Assembly: GCA_028534125.1 (NCBI GenBank)
Contig: CM052818.1
Location: 32,304,001 to 32,368,000 of the forward strand
Length of the DNA stretch: 64,000 nt
Reading direction: 5' to 3'
From: Lama glama
Taxonomy: Eukaryota
Every line of letters begins with the position of its first letter. Within the stretch, counting starts at the first letter, position 1. Shown here in pieces: positions 41,797 to 54,885 of this stretch. The notes below the pieces were generated by a model. The model worked only from the letters and a program-made list of their open reading frames with translations, ran no database searches and was not told where the DNA came from. The position numbers and the translations under genes are program-made.

Positions 41797-41829
41797 GTGT
41801 GTGTGTGTGCATGTGTGTGTGTGTGTGTA
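41797..41829. repeat. Interrupted (GT)n microsatellite
   Basis: gtgtgtgtgtgtgcatgtgtgtgtgtgtgtgta. Confidence 0.9.
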
Positions 41830-42949
41830 GCGGGGTGTGATTCTGAAAGCTACCTCACACAGCTTTAGTGGAGCTTGAAGAGGATGGAAGTGAGGAACCA
41901 GGGTGCAGAGGAGCACTGGGCCAGCCTAAATAACTCACTCGTCAAGGCGTGGGAACTGTCTGCAGTGCAAACCCTTATTTGCTGATTCCCGGACGACATC
42001 AGTCCCCATTGGTGTGAGTGCTGATACTACAGTGCACGTTGAAATGCTCCTTTTAAGCTCTGCTTTGGGTCATCCTTCTAGATATACTTAGAATATTTCT
42101 CGTTGTTCATCCCTTAGTTGAAAAAGTCCAATGCTGGAACCATTTATTTATTAATCCCCCAAATACGTGTCAATCATCTAGGAATGTACACAGCAGGAAC
42201 TCGCTGGCCCTCGCAGGGCCTGTGTGGTAGTCGAGGAGAGGGATACATGACAACCAATTATAACAGAACGAAGCACCACCGTGGGGAAGCTGTGGAAACA
42301 GAGAAGTGAGCAGGCGATTCCAGTCGGGAGAGATGGCGTCGGAGCCTGCCTCTCTCTGAGACCACACACTGTTTACTTTATGGAGATGCAGATGAGAAGC
42401 TGTACAGAAAGGTGGGCACCTGCAGGCAGAGTGAATCCACCTTCCAGCAGAACTGGTGAACAATCGACTTTCCTGATGCTTGAGCAAACTTAGATTGAAA
42501 TGGTTCCTCTGGAGCCCTTAGAAGAATTTGCTGTCAGCCAGAATGCTTCCTGGAGACCTTATGCCAGGAGACTTCTGTTCTTATTTGGAGACAAACAACA
42601 CAGAGAGCCCTACACAGAAGTAGGCTGAATCACTAAACGTTCCTCATGAGGCTCAAATATTCATTTGAGTAACATATCTTCTCCATCTTTTCTTTTCACC
42701 TTAGACTAAAGCATTTATTGAAAATTACAGAATTTGATTAGTCCTATTGGTCATCATTTAGAGAATTAAATTTCCAAATAAATAATATAGAAAAGCTTAT
42801 GAATACATCATTGCTTATTTCAAAGAACAAAGCCTATCATTTTTTTTCCCTACAGTTGAATAAGTTCACCACACACATACAGACGGACACACACAAAGAC
42901 GGACACACACAAAGACATACACACTCAAAAATTCAGAGGTACCCTGACA

Positions 42950-43210
42950 AACTCAGTACCATGTTGGTTAAGAACTCCGGCTCTGGAGTCTGATGTTCTG
43001 CGCTCAAGTCTCCATCTTGCTGTTTACCAGCAGTCTGAACTTGGTCAGTTCCTTTTCTTCTCTTAGTCTCAACTTACCCATCTGTAAAATACTGATTTAT
43101 AAAAGTGCTTATCTCATAGATATGCTGAGTGGAATAAATAAGATATCACATGTTTTGCATTTAGCACAGTGATTAGTACATAAGGAGATTCGATAACTAG
43201 TAATTATTAG
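42950..43210 (+). mobile_element. MIR SINE, near full length
   Basis: ggttaagaactccggctctggagtctga...catctgtaaaat...ttagcacagtg. Confidence 0.75.
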
Positions 43211-44649
43211 ATTTTAAAGACCCAGGAAAGGACCAAGCCAATGAAAAATCAAGGGGATAGTTTATGAGATACACCCTCAACCACCACATGCAAGAAGAAA
43301 TCTCATTCCACCCACCCCTCCAGGAGACCCTGCTAAGTCAGCCTGCAGATTCTGTAAAGGGGAATTGTTGACATAAAAGAACAAGACAGAACATCAGAGT
43401 TTGGCACTTCACATGGGCTACCTTGACTATTCCAAAGGACAGGGATGGCAGGGGATTGCCACAGCACTCACCAGTGATCAGGAGAACAGGATGAGATTTG
43501 GATCTGGCTGTGGTATGACCCTAATAGCAAAGGCATCTGCCATGAAAGTTTGTCAAGACTGCTGAGACTTCAGAAGTAATACAGCTGATCTTCCTGAAGC
43601 TAGAAGCAGTGTTGTGACATACGGTGTTACTCTGTTAAGGGGAACAGAGATCACGTCTCCCTGGAAGAGCTACCCAAGTCTTCAAAGAAGAACTGTCTGA
43701 GCTTGGCCTTGCCGGAGGTAGGACGTGGACAGGGAGATATGGAGGGTGATCAGGTGCAGGGTCAGTGAGAACGGTGTGGGGACGGAATGAGGGCAAAGCG
43801 CTAACATCAGCATCGTCACCATTCACAGTGCTGACCCGTATTTAGTCCTGGCCGGGTACCAACCCTGTGCTAAGCACTTTAGATTGGTTATCTCACACTC
43901 CTCACCATAATGCACGTGGCAGCTCATTATGCCAACTTTAGATACAGAGAACCTAAGAGGCTGAGGCTTTAATTAGAGCTAATATGTAAGAACAAAGTGA
44001 CAGCCACCAGCCTGACTCAATCTTTTCATTCAATTTGATAGAGAAAAAGCCTAGGGCTTGCTGAGGAAGCTGTGACTAGTTGGGGAGGCTGAAGTTCCTG
44101 AGGGTGGGATGAGGGGATCGAGGACAGGTAGACTTGGGGCAGTCCAGGGGGTTACAAATGGTGAGGAAGACTTCAGACACTAATAGGTTTTAGTTTATAT
44201 CTAAGGACCTGGAAGATTCTTTGCCCTCAGCTGAACCCAGGTCTCTCCTTCCCTGTCCAGGACAGCCCAGAATAAACAGCACCCAGCAGCTGCGCAAGAG
44301 CCCATGCTGTGTGACAGCCCAGATGGTGTGCCTGATTTTCTTTATTTATTTAGATGTCATTTTCAGCGTGATTGAGTGATTCTACCACCCCAGTGGGTCT
44401 GCTCAGTCTCCCGTCCCAAAGTCAGACAGGAGGAGTGGAGCAAGTTTGGTTTCTGAAGTATACTTATCATTTATTGATTGATCCAACTCTGTGCAAACAG
44501 CTTCTACTAAATTTAGAACCGAGGCAGCAAAGTGCAGGAGGGTGGAAGGGAATATTCAGGTCCCTCAATTAGCACTTTAGTGAAAATATTAATTTTCTAA
44601 CTTTTTTTTAGCCTGGGAGTTTTTTTCCCCAAATTAAATCTAGTGTCGA

Positions 44650-44895
44650 GAAGCAGTAGAGGCATAGAGATTAAGAAACTGCCTGAATTCAAATCTTGAT
44701 GCCACTTTTACCAGCTGTGTGATCTGAGGTGAATTACTTGATCTCTCTGAGCCTCATTTTCTTCATCTGCAAAAAGGAAGTTAATTATATTACCTATTCT
44801 TAAGGTCATAGGAGGTAAAGTGGGTCAATGCTTGTAAAGCCTCAGCACAGAACCTAGTGTGTATTTAGTGCTTAGTAAAGGTCAGCTACTGTTGT
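44650..44895 (+). mobile_element. MIR SINE, near full length
   Basis: ttcaaatcttgatgccacttttaccagctgtgtgatct...ctctctgagcctcattttcttcatctgc. Confidence 0.85.
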
Positions 44896-46948
44896 TCTGT
44901 GAAACAGACAAAAGCAGGACTTCCCAGGTTACATCGGGCCTGAGGGGCCTGCAGTTCAGCCCTGTGGCCTCCGCCCACACTCCCCAGGCAGGCTCTCGTG
45001 GTACCTCTGGGAGCCCTGGGCAGTGAGCGATGAGCTAGCACCTGTTTAACAACTGGCTCTTCAGAGTGTGGGGAGAGAGGGGCCCCAATTTTAGCATTTG
45101 CCAATTTCCGCAGTGTAAACATTCTCAGTCATGGCCAATTTTACAATGCCACCCTGAGGTCACTAAACATGGACTTGGGAAGAGATGCAGGCTCCAGTGC
45201 ACCACTGGTCCTAGGACTCTGAGGAGCCTGGTGTGGAACCCAGAGAACCTTGGTCCCTCCTACCTCTGACTTTGTATATCGCACCTCAGGGTAACCCAAA
45301 CTTAAGAGCTAAGCTTCTCCTTCTCCCAATGTTGGTCAAACATTAGGGAATGGGCAGAGTATGGGACAAAAAGAAAAGAGTTTGGAGAGTTCAGGGTCTT
45401 AGTTTTATGCCTAATCCAAAAGGCAATGTGTCTGACAGTTGAGTGACTCTTAATTAGATGAGGTTGAATCAGCAGAACTGCTTCCTGCAGCTAAAAGGCT
45501 TTCCCTTCGAGTTCAGCTGTTCAGTTACTGCTAGGGCCTGGTGGGCAACGGGCCTCAGCTGAGAGATGAGAGCATGGCATGTGCATTGCAGAGACCTTCA
45601 AGGACAGTGTGCAGGGTGGGGGCTGCAGGGGGGGGTGGCGCGTGGAGCACAGGCCAGGATGGGCTGAGTCTTGGACTTACAAACTCAGGATTTGCCCGAG
45701 TAGATGGTGATGTGAAAACCAGAGAAATCATAAAGAAAAGCACTAGACTGGGAGCCCAGGGGCCTAAGTGTTAGGTCCAGTACTGTGTGACTTTGTTTCC
45801 CCTTCTGCAAATACAAAACTCAGGATGCCCACTGTGCCTTCTTGATGGGAGTGTCGTAGGACCTATGAAATGATATCTGTGAAGGCTCCATACAGATGGA
45901 AAGGATTAAGCCTTACTCATTAGAGAAGTGGTAAAATATTCACGGATTGGGGAAAGGCCTCCAAAGCCAGTCAGCTGCTGGGGAAGGTATCAGACACCCA
46001 CTCATGGAACCACTAGGAAAAGTGGGAACATTGTAAGGATGTTTACAGCCTGGGACTGGAACCAGAACACTACAGGCACGGAGAAATCAACTCTTCTTCT
46101 TACTCCTGGCAGGAAATGTGACAGCATCTCACTTCTGTCCCATGAGGCAGGGATAATTAAAGCCTCTGCTTTTCCGTTCTTCCATGTCTAAAACTGGGAT
46201 AACGAGGAGGAAGGACAGGAGTAAGACAAAGAGTTAGCCTGGTGTCCCATGCACATCTGATGGGGTGCTGCTCTGTCTCCTTGCTCTGCTAAAGAGTTGT
46301 TTCTTAAACCAGCGGGAACACAGCCCAGAAGGGCTGCCTTGGCTCCTGATCCACCCCAGGACCCTTCAGCTGAGCCCTCACAGACAACCAGCACTGCCTC
46401 AAATGCAGATTCTGAAGAAAGGCATCTGACTGGCCCAGACAGGCCTTTTAAGCAAGGCCACATAAATCATGGGTGGTCAGCTAGCCTGTGGAGGGGCTGC
46501 CCTTCAGTTATGGCTGGAAGGGGTCACATAGCACAGAGAGAACTGGACCACTCATTAAGACAGGGCAGACTCATTTAGAAGCTGGTGAAGGGAGCAGACC
46601 ACAGTCAGCCTCTCTGCAACCTCCTGCCTTCCTTAGACACGTTTCCAGTCCTTCTGTGGCCCCTACACACTCAGAAATAAAATTCTGCAAGACTTTGTAG
46701 CCAGCACGAGACCACCCTGCAGGTCACACAAAAGGTGCAGGTGTTAGTGGGAGGATGGTTTGGGATGTAAGTGAAGGAAATGCCTCCGTCTCAGAGTTAA
46801 GGCTCTCCAGTAAATAGGGACCAAATGGCTGTCCTTTGTTGGAAGTTTCAGCATTAGTCCATTTCTCTCTCACTAACCTAATCAGGCAAAGAACAGTGAA
46901 GATGTTTTCCTTGTGGAGTGTTTATGAAGAATTCAGCAGTGTCTTATG

Positions 46949-47023
46949 CATTAGGTTGAATCATATGAAATTGTGATGCTCATAGGTCCAAAGTGGTCCA
47001 TTGTCAGCAATTTCAACTTCATA
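46949..47023. mobile_element. MADE2-like mariner MITE with a short deletion in the right TIR
   Basis: ttaggttgaatcatatgaaattg...ataggtccaaagtggtccattgtcagcaatttc matches the roughly 80-bp MADE2 consensus as I recall it. gaaattg and caatttc are inverted. Confidence 0.75.
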
Positions 47024-49443
47024 GGAATCTTTCAATAAAAGCTTTCCCCTGAGCCCCTCACTTCACCGTGATCTCCTCCATGAGAAAATATTGAAACCTC
47101 GGCACACTGCCTTTGGGTCATTTACAGCTCAACACAAGTGTGTCATGGGCAGAACACCTCTCCCCAGTGTGCAGACAGGCAGCTTTAGTTCAGACAGCAC
47201 CTTGCAGATCCCCTGTCCTCTGCCCTCTAGAGATGGGGACTCACTGTGAATCATGCCAGACCCAGACTTGGCAGCACAGTGAAAGCTCTGTGCTCTCAGG
47301 TTGGCAAAGTCCAGAGATGAGTCTTCTCGTCAGTCTCGCAATCACGTTTTCTTTTTTCTTGCCTGGAAATTGGAGTAATTGCAAATGTAAATACAAAAAA
47401 AGTAAAAACTTGACAGTTGATTGATAGGGAAAAACAATGCAGCCATTACTGTCCTTTGGAGCCGCACTTGCCGGCCCAGCAGCTCTTCTCAGCCACTGTC
47501 GCCCTGCAGCTCCTGCCCAGCTGGGCCTGGTGGGGGCGGTGGAGCACGGAGGGATGGGAGGTCGCTGAGGCAGAACCTGGAAGACGCTGGCCTAGGGGCC
47601 AAGTCCACCTCTAACACCAGAGACTCTAGACTAGCCCCTTTCCCTCTCTGGGCTTCAGATTCCTCATCTGCTAGATGTTAGGTGTCCTCCTACTGCAGGT
47701 CAGCATCAGTGATCTCTGAGACAGGGTGCCCATAGTCAGATACCGTGGACCGCTAAGGGGCAGCCAGAGTGAGCCCTGTGCCAGCTGTGACAGTGAATGA
47801 GTGGGCCCTGCCCTTTCACCCCCACGCCCTTGACCCCTTCTCATTCTGCTCCCTCCTCAGACACCCCGCCCCCCAGGCACTATTGGGCCCTGCCCCCTCC
47901 CCACATCCCTCTAGTCCTCACTGCCCACGCCCCCCTCACCCTCTGGCTTCTCTTCTCTTTCCTCTCACCCATCTCAGTCTCAGTTCTTTGGGGTCACTAC
48001 TCTACGGGTGGATCAGAAGTGCCTGGCTTGCTAATTGCTGATTAATTAGTCAGCATCACAACCTCAGCTAACCCCTCTGGGCCTCAGTTCTCCCCCCTGC
48101 CATGCTGTCCTCTGTGCCTTCACTTTAGCATATTCAAGACCGTGACCAGACAGGCATGTGACGTGTAGGGAGCGGCATGGGGGAGCAAATCTGGGCTGGC
48201 CTTGAGCAGCAGCCCCCGCACCATACTTCCTTGGACTTCGTGGTCCACCTCAGCTGGAGACTAGCTCATGTGGCTCCCCTAAGCATCGTTGGCCCCTGCG
48301 TGGCTTTTAGAAGCATCTCTCTTTCTTCCTTATCTAAATTCCATAACTGAAAACAGCAATAAATCTATGTTCCTTGTGAGGCTGACCGAGGGCTTTCATA
48401 CACGACATCTCCTTTGCTCTTCCTCACACTCCTCATTGTCTCCAGGCTGTTGGCAGAGGTGAGAGTGCAGATGGACACAAAGTGGAGTGGCTAATGGCTA
48501 ACACCAGAACCAGGACCCAGATCGCTGACTCCTAGCCCCCACCTTCTCCATAATATTGCACTGCCTTGCTCTGAGGAAGGTTGTCATTTCCAACTCCTTC
48601 TGCTGAGGGAAGCTGGAAGGAGAGATCAGGGCTGCCAAGGTTAGGGGTGATGAGAGAGCTGGCTTCACCATGGCGAGGCCTTGACAAGGTTCTGACTACC
48701 CAGGGCTGCAGGCACCCCAGTAGGAGCGTGCTTGGCTTTGAGAGCCAACATCTGCTCTTCACATGGCTCAGCCCCAGTTGGGTGGCAGTCCTCTCTTCTT
48801 CCTCCAACTGGAGCCCTTTACTTAAGGAATGTGTCTTCCTGCCCCACCCTGTCCCCAGGCTCCCACTGAGGTAACTGAAGAGCACCTGGCCTGTCTTGTC
48901 CTGACTCCACTTCAGAAATGTTCACCTGCAGTTGTTGCCATAAATCATGGAGTCTTTCCACGTATTTGATCAGATTCCCCGAGTGGAGAATCAGATTGCT
49001 CTGGCTTGTTTCTTTGAGCCAGACCATGAAAGTCACAGGTCATAGCCAGCCTAGGAATTGGTTACCCCTGGCTCAGTCAGGTGTGGCTGGAGCCAGCAGC
49101 CTCCCGCGATACAGGACTGAGGGGCAGTGAAGGCAGCAGGACTGACACGTCCAGGGCAGGCATATCATTTGTGCCCTGGCCTTTGCCTGGGACGTGCTCC
49201 CTCCTGTCCTTATCAGGTGGTCCCTACTGATCTTCTGTGGCCCAACCCAGGTCATCTCCTTCGTGAAGTCTTCAGTGAGTGTGAGTCCGTCCTCCCTCTA
49301 AGCTTTGATACATCTCTCCTTAGTTTTCATATGGTCTTAATTAACCCTGACAAGAATATAAAATCTCAAAAGAATGAAAGGACATTTCATCTGTCTTTAA
49401 TAATTCTACACATATACTAATTTTTTTAAAGCCATGATATAAC

Positions 49444-49708
49444 TCAGTATTTCCCAACATGCTAGGGAGAAAAAGTGCCCCGTGTTCAAATATATGTAAT
49501 GAATGTTGAGTTTTAAAATGTTGCCCAAATTTCTCTGGTGTAGGACTTCTTCGAGCCCTTAATTTGCTAACATGCAGTGTAAATCTCCAAGAGGAAAATA
49601 GAATATGTAGCCTTCCTGTACTTATTGCCGTGAAATTGACTTCATGAAACACCAAAAATAGCTCCCAGAATCAGTGTTTTCTGCAGAAAACAGTTTGGGA
49701 GACACCAG
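49444..49708 (+). mobile_element. MER103C-like hAT-Charlie DNA transposon
   Basis: TIR-like ends cagtatttcccaa and ttgggagacac. Internal gtaggacttcttcgagcccttaatttgctaacatgcagtgtaaatctccaagagg is characteristic. Confidence 0.75.
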
Positions 49709-50205
49709 TGTAGCAGTTGTTTAGGCTCAGGTGTGGACAAATCATAGTTCAAATTTGGCTTTTGGATAGGTCACTGAATTTCTCTGGGCCTGAGTTTCTT
49801 TATCTGCTCAGCAAAGATAATAATACCTACTCATAGGAGGCTGAAATGACATAGAGAGTATGCAGAGTGACTGGCCCTGGGCAGGTGCCCAATGCGTGGT
49901 CACTGCTGGTTTCTCGGTACCCTGTGTGCTGAGTTCACCACAGAGCAGGTACTCAGGAAGTGCCCACTCAGAAGCATGGAGCCATGGAGAAGTCTGGAAG
50001 GTTCCTCATAGCCGACAGAAACCCAGCAAGGCCAAAGCCGGTGGCAGCCATCCCTTGGGACAAGCTGACTCAAACACATAATTCAGTGCAGAGGTCTTCC
50101 CAGGATCCGCTCCCTGCCTGTGCCCTTATCAGAACCAGTGATCACCGATGGACCACTAACTTCTTTTTGGCCACAACAAATGCCCACTGGCCCTTAGCCA
50201 CTCTC

Positions 50206-50252
50206 ACCCAGTGTGGTGGAACCCTGCTTCGTGGATGTGGAGTTGTTTTGTG
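50206..50252 (+). repeat. 47-bp exact dispersed direct repeat, copy 1
   Basis: acccagtgtggtggaaccctgcttcgtggatgtggagttgttttgtg, identical to 50927-50973. Confidence 0.95.
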
Positions 50253-50926
50253 CAAATTGTATTTGCGCAATTCCTTCAAGTTCACGATGAGCTTTCCTTT
50301 ATGGTTTTGTCTCATAATCTCAATCAGTACTTCACCTAGACCTCACAAAGACCAGCCTGGAGTTGTGTAACAGGGCAATTCTGATCCCAGCAACACTGAA
50401 GGATATGCAGGACAGGATTATTTTACAGAAAAAGTAAGCCAGTTAGCCAAGCCTTTGTCCTAAGATCAGTAGTCCATCAGCCTTAGCCCTGCCTGCCCGA
50501 CATGCTCTTACTGATTCTTACTCATCCTCCAGAGCCCGAGGGCCTGCCTGCCTCCACATGGAGTGTGGGATGCCCCTGTCTCAGTGACTCCTCCCATGCC
50601 TGGACAGGACTGCGCAGCCAGGTCCCTCCTGGCCAGCCCTCTCAGATAGCCATGGTGACAAGGACCCTGCAGGCACTGGTTCTTCGTCCAGCTTAGAGCC
50701 TCGCTCACAGGCTTCACCATATCCCCAGATGTCCACTGGATAAACCATCCCTCTGTCCCTCTCCCTGATCACCTGGTCCCTCTCTGTGAGCTCTCACCTG
50801 GCCAACATCTACACATCCTTCATGCCACCTGCAAGGTGCTCCTTGAGAGCTGGAAACAATGAGAGGAGAGGCCACCAGCCAGGTAACAGACTGCCATCAA
50901 TTTTTGCATTGGAGGATTGAAAACAG

Positions 50927-50973
50927 ACCCAGTGTGGTGGAACCCTGCTTCGTGGATGTGGAGTTGTTTTGTG
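50927..50973 (+). repeat. 47-bp exact dispersed direct repeat, copy 2
   Basis: Identical to 50206-50252, offset by 721 bp. Confidence 0.95.
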
Positions 50974-52389
50974 TATAAATGAACCTCCCTCTTCAGCCGC
51001 TTCCCCCTACCCTGGTAGATGCCATGTCAACTGCCTCCACATAATGCACTCTGATTTCCCCACTGTGATTTGTAATGGACTATTAAGCCAATGTGGCCCC
51101 ACGAATCTCAGCCTACGAGGCAGCAATCACAAGCAAGCAGTTTGAAGTGACTTTCCCTGGCTGAGGCTGCAAACAAAGAGAGGCCAAAGCTTGGGCTGAG
51201 GCCTATTGTCAAAACACCAGTCAGAGTGGGGTCAAGAATGAAGGGGCAGGCTGTGCCGTGGGCCGGGGAAACCGCTGCTTCCTGGTAATTAGGACCCGGC
51301 AAGCCCCACAGGAGAAGGCAGACTGCATTGTCTTTTCCAGGCGTATGGAGATGACATCCCTGCAACCCATTTCATCAGAGATTGTGGGTGGAGGGGAGGC
51401 AGCCAACATTCATCAGACTTTACTCCGAGTCAAGCATTGCTGAGGACTCTATGGCCACTGGTTCACTTTCTCTTCTCAAAGACCTGACAAAGGTTCTCTT
51501 ACTGGCCCCGTTACACACAAGAGGGCAAGCCACTTTGCCCAAGCTTATGGAGCTAGTATGTGGTGGAGCCAAGAGTCAAACTCAGGCAGCCTGAATTCAG
51601 AGCCTGTTCAGGATTCATGCTGCCTCATTCCTTCTATGTGATCTGGGTAAGAACCAAACCTCTTAGTGGCTTTATAACTACTTCACAGAATTACTAGAAA
51701 GATTAAATCTCATAATATCTGTCAGAGTGCTTCAGAAAGCTTGACGTTGACCATATGAACTATTAGTACTTGCTGTTGTGTGAAGAACTCTGGTCCTGCT
51801 GTAAACTAGCTAATTGAGATGTCCCAACTGGCTTTGCGAATTGGTACCTGTGAGCTTCAGCTTTCTGACCATAGAATGATACTGTTGATACATGGCCACC
51901 TCCACCTTGTTTCCTACCAACCTGACTGTCCAAGTTGTTGTAAAACCCCAGTGAGCTGAGGCCTGTAGGTGCCCTGAGGGCCCACAGTGCACCATACAAA
52001 TGGAAAGCATTTATTATGATGGTAATTGTGCTGAGATGCCCTCATCAGAGAGCTGCCGGCTCTTTACAGACACAGTTCATTCATTCTCCTAAGCAGACCC
52101 AGATGGACCACCCTGGGGGACCATCTGGCTGGCAGATATGCCAAGTCAGCCTCAGAGAGATGGGGAGACTGGCTCCGCGACGGGGGCTGGAATCCTGTAA
52201 CTCGCACTTTCAACCCATGCCCAACATGGGGCAGGCTGTGTTGTCTCTGAAAGAAGGGTGTAGACTCCCTTATTCCCAAATTCTCCCTGTCCTTAGGAGC
52301 CAGTTCATCAGCCCACGTCAAGTTAACGGTAAGACTATCAAGGTGACACAGAAAGCCCCATAGTCGTTTCTTGCAGCCAAACCCTTACA

Positions 52390-52542
52390 GCGAGGTTCTC
52401 AAGATGTGGTTACAGGACCATACTGTCATAATTTGCATAACTAGAAATGCAGGTTATCAGGCTCTATCCTAGACCTACTGAATGAAAGTTTCTGGGGGTT
52501 TCAAGAACTATTTTGATGCATGCTAAAGTCTGAGAACCACTT
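52390..52542 (+). mobile_element. MER5A hAT-Charlie MITE
   Basis: ggttctcaag...tagaaatgcag...cctagacctactgaat...tgatgcatgctaaagtctgagaaccact, with inverted ends ggttctca and tgagaacc. Confidence 0.8.
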
Positions 52543-54019
52543 TCTTGGGTTAACTTGCAGTTTCAGGTGCAAAGCTCATCTGTGACTCATGGAAGGCACT
52601 CTGCAGGTGTAGGGGGGTTGCTTTATGGTAGCCCAGTTCCTGAGCAGCCTGAAGGGCAATGGAAGTTAAAAGTCTTCCCTCATGACCCCATTATTGCCCC
52701 TTCTGCCTTGGTGCCCGAATAGTCCCTGAATCTTAGGAGTGGATGAGACTATAATCCAGTTTTTTAAATCATCTTATTTGATGTAAGATAAGACAGCCTT
52801 CTCAAATTCTTTTGCTTAGGAGCCCAGAATCTGGACCTAAATCTCCTCTCTGCCCTCTAAGAAATGCAACAGTCTTAGCTGCAGACAGACCCCAGCAACT
52901 TAGTAGAGCATCAGCCCTGTCAATCCTTCCCCACCACTACCCCACCCCACCCAAACTAAATGATGATCTTTAGTGGTCCTGTTTGGTATTTCTTCCCAGT
53001 GGTAATGGAACTGCTCCCACCTGTCATTGCTAAGTGGGAAAATCAGCTCTGACAGGGAGCTCCAGGTTAATTAATAAGCAGGATGTGATCAGAAGCAAGT
53101 AGGCACACTTTCTGTTTAGTCTAGCATCCCTCAGCAATATTGATTTATCTGACTTGGGAACCTCAGGGCCAAAGACCATGCTGTGTCTCATTTATCTCTG
53201 CAGGCCCACATGGCATGTGTAGGATGCCCTGTAGCTATTTAGACTGGGGGGAATCTGCCCTGGGTTCACCAGTATTATCAGCAGAGCCCAGGTTGAAGGA
53301 ACACAGAGTTCAGTGCTGTGTTGCAACTGTAGCTGGCAGGCAGCATCCCTGAAAGTGCTGGGGTTTGCCGAGGTCACTGCCTGCAAGGATGTGGATCTGA
53401 CTAATGATTCAGGTCAGGGAGAGCTTGAGACTGGCCTAGGACAAGCAGGACTTGCTACCAAGGAATGTTGGCATGGACTATGGTGGAGAACCCATTGCCA
53501 TCCCCCGTCTTCATCATCAGGGACCTCTTCACCCATGAGGAGGCAAGGGGCAAGGGGAGGACCCTGAAAGACAACCCTAAAACTAAACAATTGAGTGGTC
53601 TTTGGCAAGTTCTTAGATCCTTGAAAATCGTTTCTCATTTGGCTTAGAGAGAGAGCCAAACATATGTTGCAGGGTTGCTGTGAGAATCATAAATGATCTG
53701 TATATATGAAACTCCGTATCACATAAGGTCATTTTCTCTTCTCTCCAGCCCCTCTAAGGACTCGATACTTTGAGGTAAGGATATAGGATTTTGGAGTCCT
53801 AAAATATGAGGAGAACAGATTCCAAGTTAGGTGTATAATGGCTTGCAGAGTAGGTAAAAAATGAAATGGTCTGGCCACACCAATCCTTGGAGTTAGGCTT
53901 GAGCCCAGAAGTTTGGCATGAGTCCCTCCACACTTAGACACTAACCCTGAACAGAGGCCTCGCCATCGCAGGGTCTGAGCTCTGAGCTCCAAGGGTGGCC
54001 CATTGAACAGGGGAGAAGG

Positions 54020-54300
54020 AGACAGAGTCCAAACCACATGATTCCATTTGTCTAAAATGAAAGCTAATCTAAAGGGACAAAGTGCATGCCGGTACCTGGG
54101 CCCTGGGGTAGAGGGCAAGGATGGACTGCAAAGGGGCCTGAGGAGTTTCTTGGGGGTGATGGAGATGTTCTGTATTTTGATTATGGTGATGGCTTTGTGA
54201 GTCGAGTATGCATCACTGTCATACTTCATCAATTTGTACACTTTAAATGAGTGTGGCTTATTATACATAAAATATTCTTCAATAAAGTCGATAGCAAAAA
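54020..54300 (+). mobile_element. L1ME-like 3' end
   Basis: atgattccattt...gggggtgatggagatgttctgtattttgattatggtgatgg...tcaataaag. Confidence 0.75.
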
Positions 54301-54384
54301 GGAAGAGGGAGAGGCCTCAAGTCCTGCAAATTGTACTGAGGATGATTCAGCAAATGTAGGCTACCTGCTTATTCTTCCATTTTG

Positions 54385-54885
54385 AAAAAGAAAGGTAAGG
54401 ACTTGAATAGATATTTGTACACCAGTGTTCATAGCAGCATTATAATAGCCAAAAGGTAGAAGCCACCCAAATGTCCCTCGTAGATAAACAAATTGTGGTA
54501 TATACATACAATGCATTATTTGAATGCTGAATGCCTTAAAGAGGAATGAAACTCTGACACACGCTACAATATGGATGAGAACATTATGCTGAGTGAAATA
54601 GGTCAGTCACAACAGGACAAATATGGTGATTCCATTTACATGAGATACCTAGAATAGTCAAATTCATAGAGACAGAAAGTAGATGAGAAGTTTCCAGAGG
54701 CTTGGGAAGGGGCAATGAGGGGTTTACAGAATTTCAGTTTTGCAAGACAAAGAGTTCTGAAGCTGGTTGGTGGTGATGGTAATACAACAATGTGATTGTA
54801 CAGAATGCCATTGTGCTATACATTTAAAATGATTAAGATGGTAAATTTTATGTTATGTGTACTTTACCACTTTTTGAAAATTTTT
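54385..54885 (+). mobile_element. L1MB-like 3' UTR
   Basis: gttcatagcagcatt...caaattcatagagacagaaagtaga...tttcagttttgcaaga...taagatggtaaattttatgttatgtgta. Confidence 0.88.

Noticed and set aside
50206..50973. CRISPR-like or LTR-like structure from the 47-bp repeat
   Set aside because: Only two copies, 721 bp apart, in mammalian DNA. No cas genes and no TG...CA, PBS or PPT features.
53729..54268. 179-aa minus-strand ORF
   Set aside because: Largely an antisense reading of an L1ME 3' UTR.
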